A stretch of 64,000 nucleotides of DNA, from contig CAKKQB010000028.1 in NCBI GenBank assembly GCA_919901915.1, forward strand, positions 38,499-102,498, in the 5' to 3' direction. Under the pieces are notes generated by a model. That model was not told where the DNA came from and made no database searches. It saw only the letters and a program-made list of their open reading frames with translations. This stretch comes from Omnitrophica bacterium GWA2_41_15 (GTDB taxonomy: Bacteria; Omnitrophota; Gorgyraeia; Gygaellales; Profunditerraquicolaceae). The translations under genes and the position numbers were made by a program. Position 1 is the first letter of the stretch; each line of letters opens with the position of its first letter. Below are positions 42,463 through 52,741 of this stretch, piece after piece.

Positions 42463-43482
42463 TTAAATAATAGCTTCTATCTCCTTAACAACATCCTCAA
42501 CCGTGATTTCCTTCATACAACGATTATCTTCACAATCTAGCCTGTAGCAAGGAATCGAACAACCTACATCCTTTCGCAAAATAACCGTATTTTTCATAGG
42601 ATAAGGCCCGGTTATTTCCGGCGACGTGGGGCCAAAAATGGCTATAATCTTTTTTGCGCCTGAGGCGTTCGCGATATGCAAAGGCCCAGTATCGGCGGTA
42701 ATAAATAAATCAAGCATAGAGCACAAAGCAGCCATTTGTTTTATATTTAAAATGCCGCAGGCAATTACAGGCTTTTCCTTCATCGCTTCTTTTATTTCTT
42801 TAACTAATGTTAAATCGCCTGTTCCTCCAGTTATAACAACCTTAGCCTTAAAATCCGCGATTAACCTGTCTGCTAAAAGCGCCCAATATTCTTTCGGCCA
42901 ACGCTTAAGCATCCAATTTCCGCCCGGATTCAAAACCACAAGGACATCGTTTTCCGCAATCGAATTTTTATTTAAAAAATCATTCGTAAAGGTCCTGTCT
43001 TCTTCACTGAAAAAAAACTCTAAAAACCTGTCTTCTACTTTAAGCCCTGCTTTTTCAATTATATTAAGGTAGTAGTCTATGCGATGGATGCTGTCTTTTT
43101 TAGGCCTCGGTATGTTCTTTGTTAAAAGGAATGCTCTTTTCTTTGTCTGGTAACCTATTCTCTCTTTTATGCCTGCCAGCCTGCAGATAAGCGCGCGGCT
43201 AAATGAACGGTGCAAAAGAAATACCACGTCAAAATTCTTATCTTTAAGAAACCTTACAAAACTCAATTTCTGAAAAAATCCTTTATGGAAACCTTTCTCA
43301 TCAAAAATAATGAGCTCATCCAAATGCGGATTTCCTTTTAAAACCTGATAACAATGTTTGGGTATTATACAGGCAATAAAACTATTTCCGTAATTTCTCC
43401 GGATATTACTGATAACAGCGGTAGAAAATAACACATCGCCTAACCAGTTAACGTTAAATATAAGTATGCGTTTAGGTTCCAT
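42463..43482 (-). CDS. GT9 family heptosyltransferase
   Basis: LGDVLFSTAVI N-terminus and C-terminal TADTGPLHIANASGAKKIIAIFGPTSP; 339 aa. Confidence 0.8.
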   Translation of the reverse strand: MEPKRILIFNVNWLGDVLFSTAVISNIRRNYGNSFIACIIPKHCYQVLKGNPHLDELIIFDEKGFHKGFFQKLSFVRFLKDKNFDVVFLLHRSFSRALICRLAGIKERIGYQTKKRAFLLTKNIPRPKKDSIHRIDYYLNIIEKAGLKVEDRFLEFFFSEEDRTFTNDFLNKNSIAENDVLVVLNPGGNWMLKRWPKEYWALLADRLIADFKAKVVITGGTGDLTLVKEIKEAMKEKPVIACGILNIKQMAALCSMLDLFITADTGPLHIANASGAKKIIAIFGPTSPEITGPYPMKNTVILRKDVGCSIPCYRLDCEDNRCMKEITVEDVVKEIEAII

Positions 43483-43496
43483 ACAACGAAAATTTG

Positions 43497-44618
43497 TTAT
43501 TTCACAACAATCTCTAGATATACCTTTTCTGTTTCAAAAACCATTTTTTCCTGCGAAAAATTCTCTTTGATAAAAGTTTTGGCATTACCCGCTAAATACT
43601 CTCTCTTGGGCGCGGAATTCAATAATTCTAAAATCGCCGCGGCTAAAGCGCCTGAATCAGCAGATTTTACTAACAGGCCGCTATATCCATCTTTTATTAA
43701 ACTTCGTATGCCTCCGACATTTGAACCAATACAAGCCTTGGCTTGCGCCATTGCCTCCATTAAGGCTAGACCCAAGCCCTCTTTCAAAGAAGGCATCACA
43801 AAAATATCCATAACTGACAACACTTCTCTCGTATCGCTAACCCCGGGCAAAAAATATGTATTTTTTTCAATTCCCAAAACTTTAACTAAATTTACCAACT
43901 CTTCTTTCATCTTGCCTTTACCAACAATAAATAACTGCGCTTGGCTAACAGCGCCTAAAACAATTTTCATTGCCCGAATAAGATAAATATGGCCTTTTAC
44001 ATCACTTAGCCTTGCCACAATACCAATCACCGGCCCATCACTTAGGCCAAAACCCTTCTTTCTCTGTTCTCTGTTCTCCCTGTCCCGAGCGAAGTCGAGG
44101 GATGTTCTCTGTTCTCCGAATTTATTAACATCTATCCCATTATGTATAACAACTATATTTTTCTTATCCACCTTAAAATCTTTAATCAAATGTTCTTCTA
44201 CTTGTTCGCTTATAGCAATTGTCTTTTGCCCCCAACAGGGAAAAAGCCAACGCGAAAATCTTGTCATAAAAAATCCATGGCCAGTCGAAATATAAGGAAT
44301 ACCCGTTTTCCTGCTTAACCAGCATCCTAAAACCTGCGTTGTGCGGCTATTCGCATGCATGATACTTATCTGATTCTGCTTTAAGAATCGCTTTAATCTA
44401 AAATAACTCAATAACATTTTGGGACTCGCCTCTGACTTTGTCCTAATGGGAATGTGGATATAATTTATCCCCTCTTCAATAAATCTTCCAAGAAGATCCC
44501 CCCCGCTTGAGGCGACATAAACATTGTGGCCGCGTTTTTTAAGGCCTGTAGCCAGAGACAAAACATAACTGGTTATCCCGCCGATATTGAGATGATTGGT
44601 GATAAATAGGATGTTCAT
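43497..44618 (-). CDS. GT4 family glycosyltransferase with an in-frame repeat insertion
   Basis: GT-B fold with the E..EAMA motif (GLALMEAMAQAKAC). The insert QRTSLDFARDRENREQRK is encoded by the agaacag heptamer hairpin at 44061-44120. Confidence 0.8.
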   Translation of the reverse strand: MNILFITNHLNIGGITSYVLSLATGLKKRGHNVYVASSGGDLLGRFIEEGINYIHIPIRTKSEASPKMLLSYFRLKRFLKQNQISIMHANSRTTQVLGCWLSRKTGIPYISTGHGFFMTRFSRWLFPCWGQKTIAISEQVEEHLIKDFKVDKKNIVVIHNGIDVNKFGEQRTSLDFARDRENREQRKKGFGLSDGPVIGIVARLSDVKGHIYLIRAMKIVLGAVSQAQLFIVGKGKMKEELVNLVKVLGIEKNTYFLPGVSDTREVLSVMDIFVMPSLKEGLGLALMEAMAQAKACIGSNVGGIRSLIKDGYSGLLVKSADSGALAAAILELLNSAPKREYLAGNAKTFIKENFSQEKMVFETEKVYLEIVVK

Positions 44619-44621
44619 TTT

Positions 44622-46727
44622 TTACTTCAATAATTTCTCTACCGCCTCTATTACCTCCTGCGGCGTAATCAGCTCCATACATTTGCGGCTTTTACACTTT
44701 GATTTATAGCATGGGCCGCAGACTAAATCTTTTTTTATCACCACACATCCTTTCACAGGCGCAAGATGCCGCCGAGGGTCAGTAGGGCCAAAAAGCGCGA
44801 CGAAAGGGGTGTTTACCGCTGTAGCGATATGCAAGGGACTAGAATCGCCAGACACAAACACACTACATCTTTTAATCAGGCATGCCAACTGATTAATTGT
44901 GGTTTTACCGCATGTATTGATAAGCTTTGTATTCTTGACTGAATTTAACAATGCTTGCGCTACAGCGCTATCTTTCTCTGTTCCGGTAAGCACAACCCGC
45001 ATATCCTTAGAGCCTAATTCCTCGCAAAATTTAACCATATATTTAAAAGGCCAATTTTTAGTTTGCCACCTGACGCTCGCGCTTATGTTTAACCCAACTA
45101 TTTTCGCTTTAGCGCTTAACCACTGGCTGTTTAATAATTCATCTATATACTGGCCATCTTCAACCGAAGGCCAAAGCTCTAAACGCGGGTCATTCAAATC
45201 TATACCCAACATCTTCAATATTCTAAATTGATGCGAAACCGGATCAATAGAAGGCCTGCCATCCTCAATCCGATGATTAAGCAAATTGCCAAATTTTTTA
45301 TTGTCATATCCATACCGATCCAACGCTAAGCTCAATCCGGCTAACATATGAGATTTACGGTTATTCTGCAAATCAATAACAATATCAAAATTCTTTTTTC
45401 TTAAAACTTCTGCCAACCGCCAATACCCTCCCGGCCCCTTATCTTTACCTTTAAAATCAACAACCAATAATTCATCTATATAAGGAGACGCCAAAAGCGC
45501 GTCCTTTGAATCATTTGAAACTAATAAACTAATTTTATAGTCTTTTTTTCCGCCTTTAGCGAAAAACTTTTCCTTAATCGCCTTTAACGCGGCAGTAGAA
45601 AGTATGATATCGCCTAAAGAACTAAATTTAATAATCAGAATCTTAAAATTACTTAAAGCATCCTCATAGACACCAAGGGTATTTTTTACCATAAGCTCAA
45701 CATTATACTTGTCCTTTACTTTTTTATATGCTTTTTCCGCCAGATTACGCGCGAAAAGCGCATCCTTAAAAATTCTTATCGCTGCCTCAGCGATCCTTGC
45801 CGGATCAGACGGCGGAACAATCAAGCCCGTTTCTTCATTTTCAATAATATCAACTACTCCTCCCACCCGCGTGGCAACCACAGGCACGCCTGAAGCCTGC
45901 GCCTCTATAATCACCCTGCCAAACGCTTCATGAGTAGTAGTAGCAAGTACAAGGAGATCCAAATGCGATAAAATCCCCGGTATATCCCGCTGTGTGCCTA
46001 AAAAATTAGTGCGCGACGTTTGCCCCAGCCTCTTAACCAAGCCTCTAATTTCTTCCTTATAGGCCTCCTTAGATGCAGGCGCGTCACCAACTATCCAAAC
46101 CTTTAAATTTGGCACAACCTCTCCTACTTTAGCCATGGCCTTAATAAAATCCAAATGTCCCTTAAGAGGCGTAATCCTGCCGATAATCCCCACGTTAAAA
46201 TCATCTTTTCTTTTTTCTTTTGGATCAATATATCTAAATTTCTCAAGATCAACACTACGCGGAACCAGCCTTATACGTTCGCGCATAACGCCAAAATCAT
46301 CAATCATATGCCGGGCAATAACATTGCTTAAAACAATCACGCGCTTTCCCCACCCCATCACTGAACTTAAAGGATGTTTTTTATAGTAACCGTGACAGGT
46401 AGTGATAAAAATTGTTTTCGCGCGCCGGCAGGCAAAATAGGCAATCCACGCCGGAACGCGTGAACGCGCGTGCACAATATCAATCTCTTCTTTTTTAATA
46501 ATTTCCACTAAGCGCGGGATTAATTTTATTATAGAAATAATGGATTTCTCATGCACCGGCAGTTTATAATGCACCGCGCCATTTGACTCGAGCTCTTTAA
46601 CTAATTCTCCGCCGCCAGACACGACAACCGCTTTATGCCCAAGTCTGATTAGATACTTGGCCAGGTCAAGGGTCCCGGTCTCTACTCCGCCGACATTAAG
46701 TTCAGGTAAAATTTGCAAAATATTCAT
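44622..46727 (-). CDS. GT4-GT9 fusion glycosyltransferase (N-terminal GT4, C-terminal heptosyltransferase-like)
   Basis: The N-terminal ~350 aa are GT4 (EAFGRVIIEAQASGVPVVA). The C-terminal ~340 aa are GT9 (SGDSSPLHIATAVNTPFVALFGPTDP). Confidence 0.75.
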   Translation of the reverse strand: MNILQILPELNVGGVETGTLDLAKYLIRLGHKAVVVSGGGELVKELESNGAVHYKLPVHEKSIISIIKLIPRLVEIIKKEEIDIVHARSRVPAWIAYFACRRAKTIFITTCHGYYKKHPLSSVMGWGKRVIVLSNVIARHMIDDFGVMRERIRLVPRSVDLEKFRYIDPKEKRKDDFNVGIIGRITPLKGHLDFIKAMAKVGEVVPNLKVWIVGDAPASKEAYKEEIRGLVKRLGQTSRTNFLGTQRDIPGILSHLDLLVLATTTHEAFGRVIIEAQASGVPVVATRVGGVVDIIENEETGLIVPPSDPARIAEAAIRIFKDALFARNLAEKAYKKVKDKYNVELMVKNTLGVYEDALSNFKILIIKFSSLGDIILSTAALKAIKEKFFAKGGKKDYKISLLVSNDSKDALLASPYIDELLVVDFKGKDKGPGGYWRLAEVLRKKNFDIVIDLQNNRKSHMLAGLSLALDRYGYDNKKFGNLLNHRIEDGRPSIDPVSHQFRILKMLGIDLNDPRLELWPSVEDGQYIDELLNSQWLSAKAKIVGLNISASVRWQTKNWPFKYMVKFCEELGSKDMRVVLTGTEKDSAVAQALLNSVKNTKLINTCGKTTINQLACLIKRCSVFVSGDSSPLHIATAVNTPFVALFGPTDPRRHLAPVKGCVVIKKDLVCGPCYKSKCKSRKCMELITPQEVIEAVEKLLK

Positions 46728-46798
46728 AATACAAAACCTCTTAATTTGTAATTTCTATTATAATTGGTTAACGCTGAAAAACCCTCATTATAAGCTAA

Positions 46799-48748
46799 TT
46801 ACATTATCCTCTTTACCGCTTCAACTACCAAAAGATTATCCTTAGGCGTATAAATCGAAGGATTCGTTCGCCAGATATGATCAATTTTTTTACCTAATTC
46901 CAAAATATCAACTAAATAAATATATTTGTTTCTGGCAAAATAATCAAGGAATCTTTTATGCTTCCCGTCTAATCCGGACGACTTAAAAACAAACGTATAT
47001 TTATTACTGCTTACTGCCTCTGAAACCATGGACAAACTGTCAGGAGAAGTTACAATAATTTTACTCAAACCAAGTATCCCTCCCACAGCCTCCGGAACAT
47101 TCTTTTCATTAGCTACAATTAGCATTTTACAACGTGGATAATCTCTGAACTCCTCTTTAACCAAAGCCTCTACTTCTTTTGAACTACGCCTTGAAGTTGT
47201 AATCAGAATACCTGCGTTCAAACTTTCAGATACTGCTTTTACCTGCTTAATCACCCCTAAAACCGTGTCTTTGTTAAGAGTGAAATTTTTCGTATCTCCC
47301 CCGATTAATAAACCAATGTAAAATCCAGTATTGCGTATTGCGTATTGCGTATTGCGTATTAACTTATCCGTCTCTTCTTTTAAATAAACCTCATCTATTA
47401 AATTCAGCGCTCCCTCGGTCACTACGACATTTTTTCTCTTCGGCGGGCAATCGTGTTTAGGCATTATTACCAGATCAAATCTTTTCATGCTTAATACAGA
47501 CGGCCGCATAACTACTATTGACTTAGCCATGTTTTCTCTGGCTAATATAAAATTAATCGGAGCCGCGCTTGCGCCGCAAGAAATTATTATATCGGGCTTC
47601 GCGCTTATTAAGCCATCATAAACATCACTTTTAAGAAAACTCTTCAAGCACCCTGAACAGCCCTGGCAATTATATTTACCTGCCAAAAAACTACTAAAAA
47701 TAAGCGCGTATTTAGAAAAATTGTTTTTAAATCTTATTTCTTTACTTTCAATTTTCGCCTCAATTCCCCTCTCCTTTAAAACATCACTAACGAGCCTCGC
47801 TACGCCTTGCGCCTGCCGGACATGCCCGGCTTTCGCGTCATTTAAAAGCAAAATACTTTTCTCTTTCGTATACTTCCATATTTTATAAGTCCAAAAAAGT
47901 TCTTTAGGGTATTTAAAAATATATTTTTCATAAACCCCAACCAGCCTTTGTAGATTGCTCTGAATATCTTTATCCGAATCGGCGCTCTTTTTGATTTCAA
48001 ATGCCGGCTCAATAAAAACCTTTGTAAACGGCCCTTTTACCCGCGTATAAAAAACCGGAATAATCGCGGCATCATACCTTAGCCCCAACTTCAACGCGCC
48101 GGTTGCCATAGAAGCGTATTGGCCGAAAAACTTAACCAAAACGCCGTTTTTACCGCCTTGGTCCATAGTCATACCAACCGCGCAATTATCTCCAAGCGCT
48201 TCAATTAATTGGCGTATACCGCCTTTTCTATAAATCACTTTAGAGCCTTTTAATCCACGGTATGAATTGAGCAGTTTATTCAGGCGGGGATATTTTTGCC
48301 CTTGCACGAATACAACATAAGGAAATCCAAGGTTAGCGCCGATAATATTAGAAAGCTCCCAACTGCCTTCGTGAACCACTAAAAGAATTACGCCTTTCCC
48401 TTTCTTAAAACCGGCAGAAATATTTTCCAATCCCTCGAAAGCCACATATTTATCTAAATATTTTTTATCCACCAAAGGGACAAGAAATACCTCTATCAAA
48501 TTCTGTCCAAATGCCCGATAAAATTCCTTGGTTATCCGGAATAATTCAGATGGCGGCTTCTCCTGTCCGAAGGCTGTTTTTATATTAGAATAGGCAACCG
48601 CCCTATGCCTAACATCAAAACAAAAAAGAAAATCACCCAGCCTTCTTCCCAGAAAAAAGCTAAAATTTTTAGGCAAGCATCTAATAAAAGAACCAACCGC
48701 CCTAAAAAGAATACAGCCCCAATAATCTATTATAGAATTCTTGTTCAT
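46799..48748 (-). CDS. Lipid A biosynthesis acyltransferase (LpxL/HtrB family) fused to a ~350-aa C-terminal domain of unknown function
   Basis: N-terminal LPLAT domain with the HEGSWE (H-x-N/S-WE) motif. An in-frame repeat insert NTQYAIRNTQYAIRNT is encoded by the gcgtatt heptamers at 47335-47363. Confidence 0.6.
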   Translation of the reverse strand: MNKNSIIDYWGCILFRAVGSFIRCLPKNFSFFLGRRLGDFLFCFDVRHRAVAYSNIKTAFGQEKPPSELFRITKEFYRAFGQNLIEVFLVPLVDKKYLDKYVAFEGLENISAGFKKGKGVILLVVHEGSWELSNIIGANLGFPYVVFVQGQKYPRLNKLLNSYRGLKGSKVIYRKGGIRQLIEALGDNCAVGMTMDQGGKNGVLVKFFGQYASMATGALKLGLRYDAAIIPVFYTRVKGPFTKVFIEPAFEIKKSADSDKDIQSNLQRLVGVYEKYIFKYPKELFWTYKIWKYTKEKSILLLNDAKAGHVRQAQGVARLVSDVLKERGIEAKIESKEIRFKNNFSKYALIFSSFLAGKYNCQGCSGCLKSFLKSDVYDGLISAKPDIIISCGASAAPINFILARENMAKSIVVMRPSVLSMKRFDLVIMPKHDCPPKRKNVVVTEGALNLIDEVYLKEETDKLIRNTQYAIRNTGFYIGLLIGGDTKNFTLNKDTVLGVIKQVKAVSESLNAGILITTSRRSSKEVEALVKEEFRDYPRCKMLIVANEKNVPEAVGGILGLSKIIVTSPDSLSMVSEAVSSNKYTFVFKSSGLDGKHKRFLDYFARNKYIYLVDILELGKKIDHIWRTNPSIYTPKDNLLVVEAVKRIM

Positions 48749-49796
48749 TTTTTATGATTGTTAATTCGATACGCAAGACTAAAATTCGTGAAGCGTGAGG
48801 CGTGAAGCGTGAAGCGTAAAGCCGCGCCGCGTCCTTTTCTGTGGTGATAATTGTGTCTATACCCTTATCAACAGAATCTTTGATAATTTTATCTATATCT
48901 GTCTTGATGTAATTATGGTGGTCGGGAAATTTAAAAGATAAGCCTATTTTAGCGCCGAGTGAAATAATCAAATTTTCAAAGGAATCGGGGTCTCCTATGC
49001 CGCAAAATATACTTACGCGCTTATCCTTAAGTATATCTGTCCCAAATAATTCAGCGCTTTTTTCAAGATTATATAATCCTATGGGTTTATGAACACTTTC
49101 CGCGATCAATGTTTTTGGATTAATCTTACTTAAAATATCTTTAAGCTCATCCAGTTTCACCCCAAAATCAACCTTGGTCAAAAAAAAGATATCCGCGCGC
49201 CTCAAGCAAGAAAGCGGCTCGCGCAAGATCCCCCTGGGTATCATATGGCGGTTACCAAAGGGATTAACAGCATCAATAGTTACAATCTCTAAATCTTTTT
49301 TAAGCCTCCACTGCTGAAAGCCATCATCCAACATAACCGTATCCACGCCATAATCTTTAAGCGCTCTTTTTGCCGCCCTAATTCTATCCGCATCCACAAT
49401 TACCGGAATATCGTTTAATTTTTTAGAAAGCATGTAGGGCTCATCGCCCATGGTTTCATAGCGGATAGCGGATAGCGCCTGCCTGCCGGCAAGGCAGGGA
49501 TAGCGGATAGATTTTCTTTTATAACCGCGGGTTAATATTGCGACTTTGCGGCCTTCCTGTTTTAAATACCTCGCGATAACTTCAACTAAAGAGGTTTTTC
49601 CTGTCCCGCCTACGGTAATATTACCCACGCTGATGACTTTAACATTCAGGCGATTCTGCCTAAGGAAACAAAAAAAGATTAAACCCCTGATTACTAATCC
49701 ATAAATAAGGGAGATAAGAAATAGGAAACCTTTTACAATAGCCGGGCCAATTCCCTTATATTTATCTGTAGCTAAATTATAAAGATACTTTTTCAT
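48702..49796 (-). CDS. lpxK: Tetraacyldisaccharide 4'-kinase
   Basis: P-loop GNITVGGTGKT. Two in-frame repeat inserts: SIRYPCLAGRQALSAIRY (49459-49510) and RFTPHASR (48786-48823). Confidence 0.85.
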   Translation of the reverse strand: MKKYLYNLATDKYKGIGPAIVKGFLFLISLIYGLVIRGLIFFCFLRQNRLNVKVISVGNITVGGTGKTSLVEVIARYLKQEGRKVAILTRGYKRKSIRYPCLAGRQALSAIRYETMGDEPYMLSKKLNDIPVIVDADRIRAAKRALKDYGVDTVMLDDGFQQWRLKKDLEIVTIDAVNPFGNRHMIPRGILREPLSCLRRADIFFLTKVDFGVKLDELKDILSKINPKTLIAESVHKPIGLYNLEKSAELFGTDILKDKRVSIFCGIGDPDSFENLIISLGAKIGLSFKFPDHHNYIKTDIDKIIKDSVDKGIDTIITTEKDAARLYASRFTPHASRILVLRIELTIIKNEQEFYNRLLGLYSF

Positions 49797-50084
49797 ATAT
49801 TCTGTATCTTATCACACCGAGAGACTCCTGACAACATTTTATTGTAACCTAATCGTAGCCAAATTCAACCGCAAGATCGAATCAATTAATCTCCGATGAC
49901 AAATCAAAGCAAGCGCTTTCTTTTAGAGCTGATTTAGCCTTGTTTTTACCCAATTCATAGTGTATACTTTAAGTATAAATACGTATATCGTATCCATGAT
50001 TTTCACTACGCGGTAGAACCTTCAGCAAAAGCTTTCAGCTTAAAGCTTAAAGCTTTTGCTGACAGCTGATAGCTGATAGCTAAA

Positions 50085-50249
50085 ATGCGCAAACTTATAA
50101 TTTTAATTATCCTTATTACCTTTTCCTTCACCTCCTTAGGCTTCCCCCCAGGTTCTGCCTTCCCTTCCTGTCATTCCTGCGAAAGCAGGAATCCAGTCTC
50201 AACCCTTACTTCGTTACCTAAGCGTCAACTCTGCCAATCCCCGTAATTA
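50085..50249 (+). CDS. Signal-peptide-encoding 5' segment, probably the frameshifted start of the long ORF 50497..52320
   Basis: MRKLIILIILITFSFTSLG, then a C6 tract at 50144-50149. Removing one C joins this frame to the ~120 codons that run stop-free (from 50141, no ATG) into the 607-aa ORF. Confidence 0.45.
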
Positions 50250-50496
50250 TTTTAATTTCCTCTTAGATGAAGGAGGCTATCAGCCTTCAGCTGAAAGCCG
50301 AAAGCTGATAACTGACAGCTTAACAGATGAAGCCAAAAAACTCATCCATTATTTTTTCCTCGGCATTACCCTACCCTCAACCGCGTTCTGGGTAAACCTA
50401 CAACCAACTCAATCAGACAGAATTACCTCAGATGAACTCTCTAAGACTGATTTAGGCAGAACCCTGTTAGAGCAAGACTTACAACTTAAGAAAGAT

Positions 50497-52320
50497 ATGG
50501 CTAATTATTTGCATCCCAAGAATCCCGTAGGCAAACTCTATTGGGAAAAACTCTATTCTGCAATCGGCAAAGAAAAAGCCAAGAAAGCTAAAATTACTAC
50601 CTCAAATCGTGTCTGGATTACTCCGAATCAAGCAGTGGTTATGGAAACTGAAGACGGAGCCTTGGTTGCTAAGGCAACCCTAAAAGTAATGTTGGAGAAC
50701 GAATATCTGAGTAACCAGACACCTCCGCGGTGGCCGAAGGCCTCCGCGGAGGTGGAAGCGGTTAAGAATGAGCAAACCCAACAACTCAGCGAGCAACTAA
50801 TGAAAGAAATCATCATTCCTGCAATAACTAAGGACATCAACGAAAGCCCACGCTATGCGCCCTTGCGCCAGGTTTATTACTCTTTAATATTAGCAGAGTG
50901 GTATAAGAGAAAAGTTAGCCGAAAGCTGACAGTTGATAACCCATCCCCTTACGCCCCCTATATTAACTCCGGCACAACCGCCGGTTTGGAATCCGAAGTC
51001 CCTTGGAAAAAGCAAGCAATCTGGCAGGAATACCTAAAAAGCTACCAACAAGGCGAATACAAACTTCAGGATACGCTTTTTGGCCTAAAGAGGATGTATT
51101 TTAGCGGGGGGATAATAATTGAGTTAGGCAATACCCCTACTTTAACATCTATCACTCAAAAAAAATTATTAAATAATCCCGATTTAGCAAAGGGGTTAAG
51201 CATTTCAAAGAATCCTAATGAAGCACTTGTTATAGTAAATACTATTTTGGAAGATAATAAGCAAATCGCCAGCTCGTCTATGGATGGTCAATCTAATGAT
51301 CGATCTTTGGTTTATGAGCAGTGTTCTTTTGATTTTATAAAAGATGAAAGGAAAAAAGTTTTAGACATTCAAGCTGAAACTTTATTCAAAGAAATGGATG
51401 AATTGCAACAAAGAATAAATGCGCTTAATATTGTTAGCGACCTTTCCAAATTAGTTTGTAATGAAGATACACTTATTCGTAAAATTGGTGGAATTCTCTC
51501 TTCCTTTAAAAATTTAAAACAAAAAGTAGGCGCATCTAAGGAAAGTCTTTCATATGAAAGACTTAATAATAGGCTAAAAGAATTGGAAGAGTTACTATTT
51601 GAAAGATGTTATTTTTCAGTTTTGAAAGATTTGGAGAAAGAAAGATATAATGAGATTAGGTATGTTCAGAAGTTTTTGACGCTAAGATTATGTAGGGAAT
51701 CTTTAAATCTTATTGATTCTTTCATTAAGCATTTCCCGGATTTAAGCAAAGAAGAGCGAAAAAAATACTTATGGAATACTGAACTGCAGGTAGCTAACGT
51801 CCTTATACGGGATGATCTTTTTAGGGGAATAACGGCAAAGAATGATATTGCATGGATTAAAGATATGATGATAAAGGGTAAATTTCTTAGTGTCGCACCT
51901 CCTTTAAATAACTGTTGGTTATCGGCAAATTATTTTTATTCAACATTTAGATATAATGATGAATCTCCGCGAGCAAAATTGCTTTGTATCTTAGATGCTT
52001 TCCGAATATATGGGCATGTTTTAGCAGAGGAAGAATACTTCTCCGAATCGGAAGAGGAAAAATACTCCGACGCATCGGGATGGAGAAGCTGTTTAGAGGG
52101 TGACTTAGAAGATATCCTTAGTTCTTTAGATACAAAAGAATTTTATCAGATATCATCTTTGTCTAAGTTAGTTTCCTTAATTAAAAAAGAATTGAAAATC
52201 AAGAAGAACCCTTTGCTTAAGTTATTTAGAAAAAGTTTGTTTCAAAACGATGAAATAAAAGAATGTATTACTGAAATTGCCCTTTATTTTTTAAGGCAAA
52301 AAAAGGCATCGTATCCATAA
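50497..52320 (+). CDS. Large hypothetical protein, 607 aa as tracked; about 727 aa if joined to the upstream signal peptide
   Basis: No recognisable domains and a central coiled-coil-like region. The upstream in-frame extension is open and includes a translated gtcattcctgcgaaagcaggaatcc element (VIPAKAGIQ). Confidence 0.5.
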   Translation: MANYLHPKNPVGKLYWEKLYSAIGKEKAKKAKITTSNRVWITPNQAVVMETEDGALVAKATLKVMLENEYLSNQTPPRWPKASAEVEAVKNEQTQQLSEQLMKEIIIPAITKDINESPRYAPLRQVYYSLILAEWYKRKVSRKLTVDNPSPYAPYINSGTTAGLESEVPWKKQAIWQEYLKSYQQGEYKLQDTLFGLKRMYFSGGIIIELGNTPTLTSITQKKLLNNPDLAKGLSISKNPNEALVIVNTILEDNKQIASSSMDGQSNDRSLVYEQCSFDFIKDERKKVLDIQAETLFKEMDELQQRINALNIVSDLSKLVCNEDTLIRKIGGILSSFKNLKQKVGASKESLSYERLNNRLKELEELLFERCYFSVLKDLEKERYNEIRYVQKFLTLRLCRESLNLIDSFIKHFPDLSKEERKKYLWNTELQVANVLIRDDLFRGITAKNDIAWIKDMMIKGKFLSVAPPLNNCWLSANYFYSTFRYNDESPRAKLLCILDAFRIYGHVLAEEEYFSESEEEKYSDASGWRSCLEGDLEDILSSLDTKEFYQISSLSKLVSLIKKELKIKKNPLLKLFRKSLFQNDEIKECITEIALYFLRQKKASYP

Positions 52321-52328
52321 GCGCTAAC

Positions 52329-52715
52329 TTGATAGACGAATACGATTATTTTTTTGAATTAGAATACGCAAAAATAGAACCGTTCTTTTTGGATCTAATT
52401 GCGAAATTATACTTCCAAAAATTCAAGCCTACAAATTTAGTATTATCTCATAAACGGAAAGAAGAGAAAAAGTATATTAAAGAATACATAGAGCAGGCAG
52501 TTAAAGAAAATTTAAAGATATTGGGACTCTCTGAAACGGAAGATTCATGGGCTAATGTTCAAAACGCCCATCGGGGATTGGCTAAAAAATATCATCCTGA
52601 CCTTAATCCAGGGAAAAACACGCACGAAGAGTTTATAAAAATTCAAGGTGCGTATGAGTTTTTAGAAAATGATAGAAAAAAAATTTTCCTATTAAATCGT
52701 CTGCTTCGCCGATAA
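52329..52715 (+). CDS. Small J-domain (DnaJ-like) protein
   Basis: C-terminal J domain with an HPD motif (LAKKYHPDLNPGKNTHEEFIKIQGAYEFL) and a non-homologous N-terminus. Confidence 0.6.
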   Translation: MIDEYDYFFELEYAKIEPFFLDLIAKLYFQKFKPTNLVLSHKRKEEKKYIKEYIEQAVKENLKILGLSETEDSWANVQNAHRGLAKKYHPDLNPGKNTHEEFIKIQGAYEFLENDRKKIFLLNRLLRR

Positions 52716-52741
52716 AAAGCCAAGAATTTGTTTCTTCGGCA

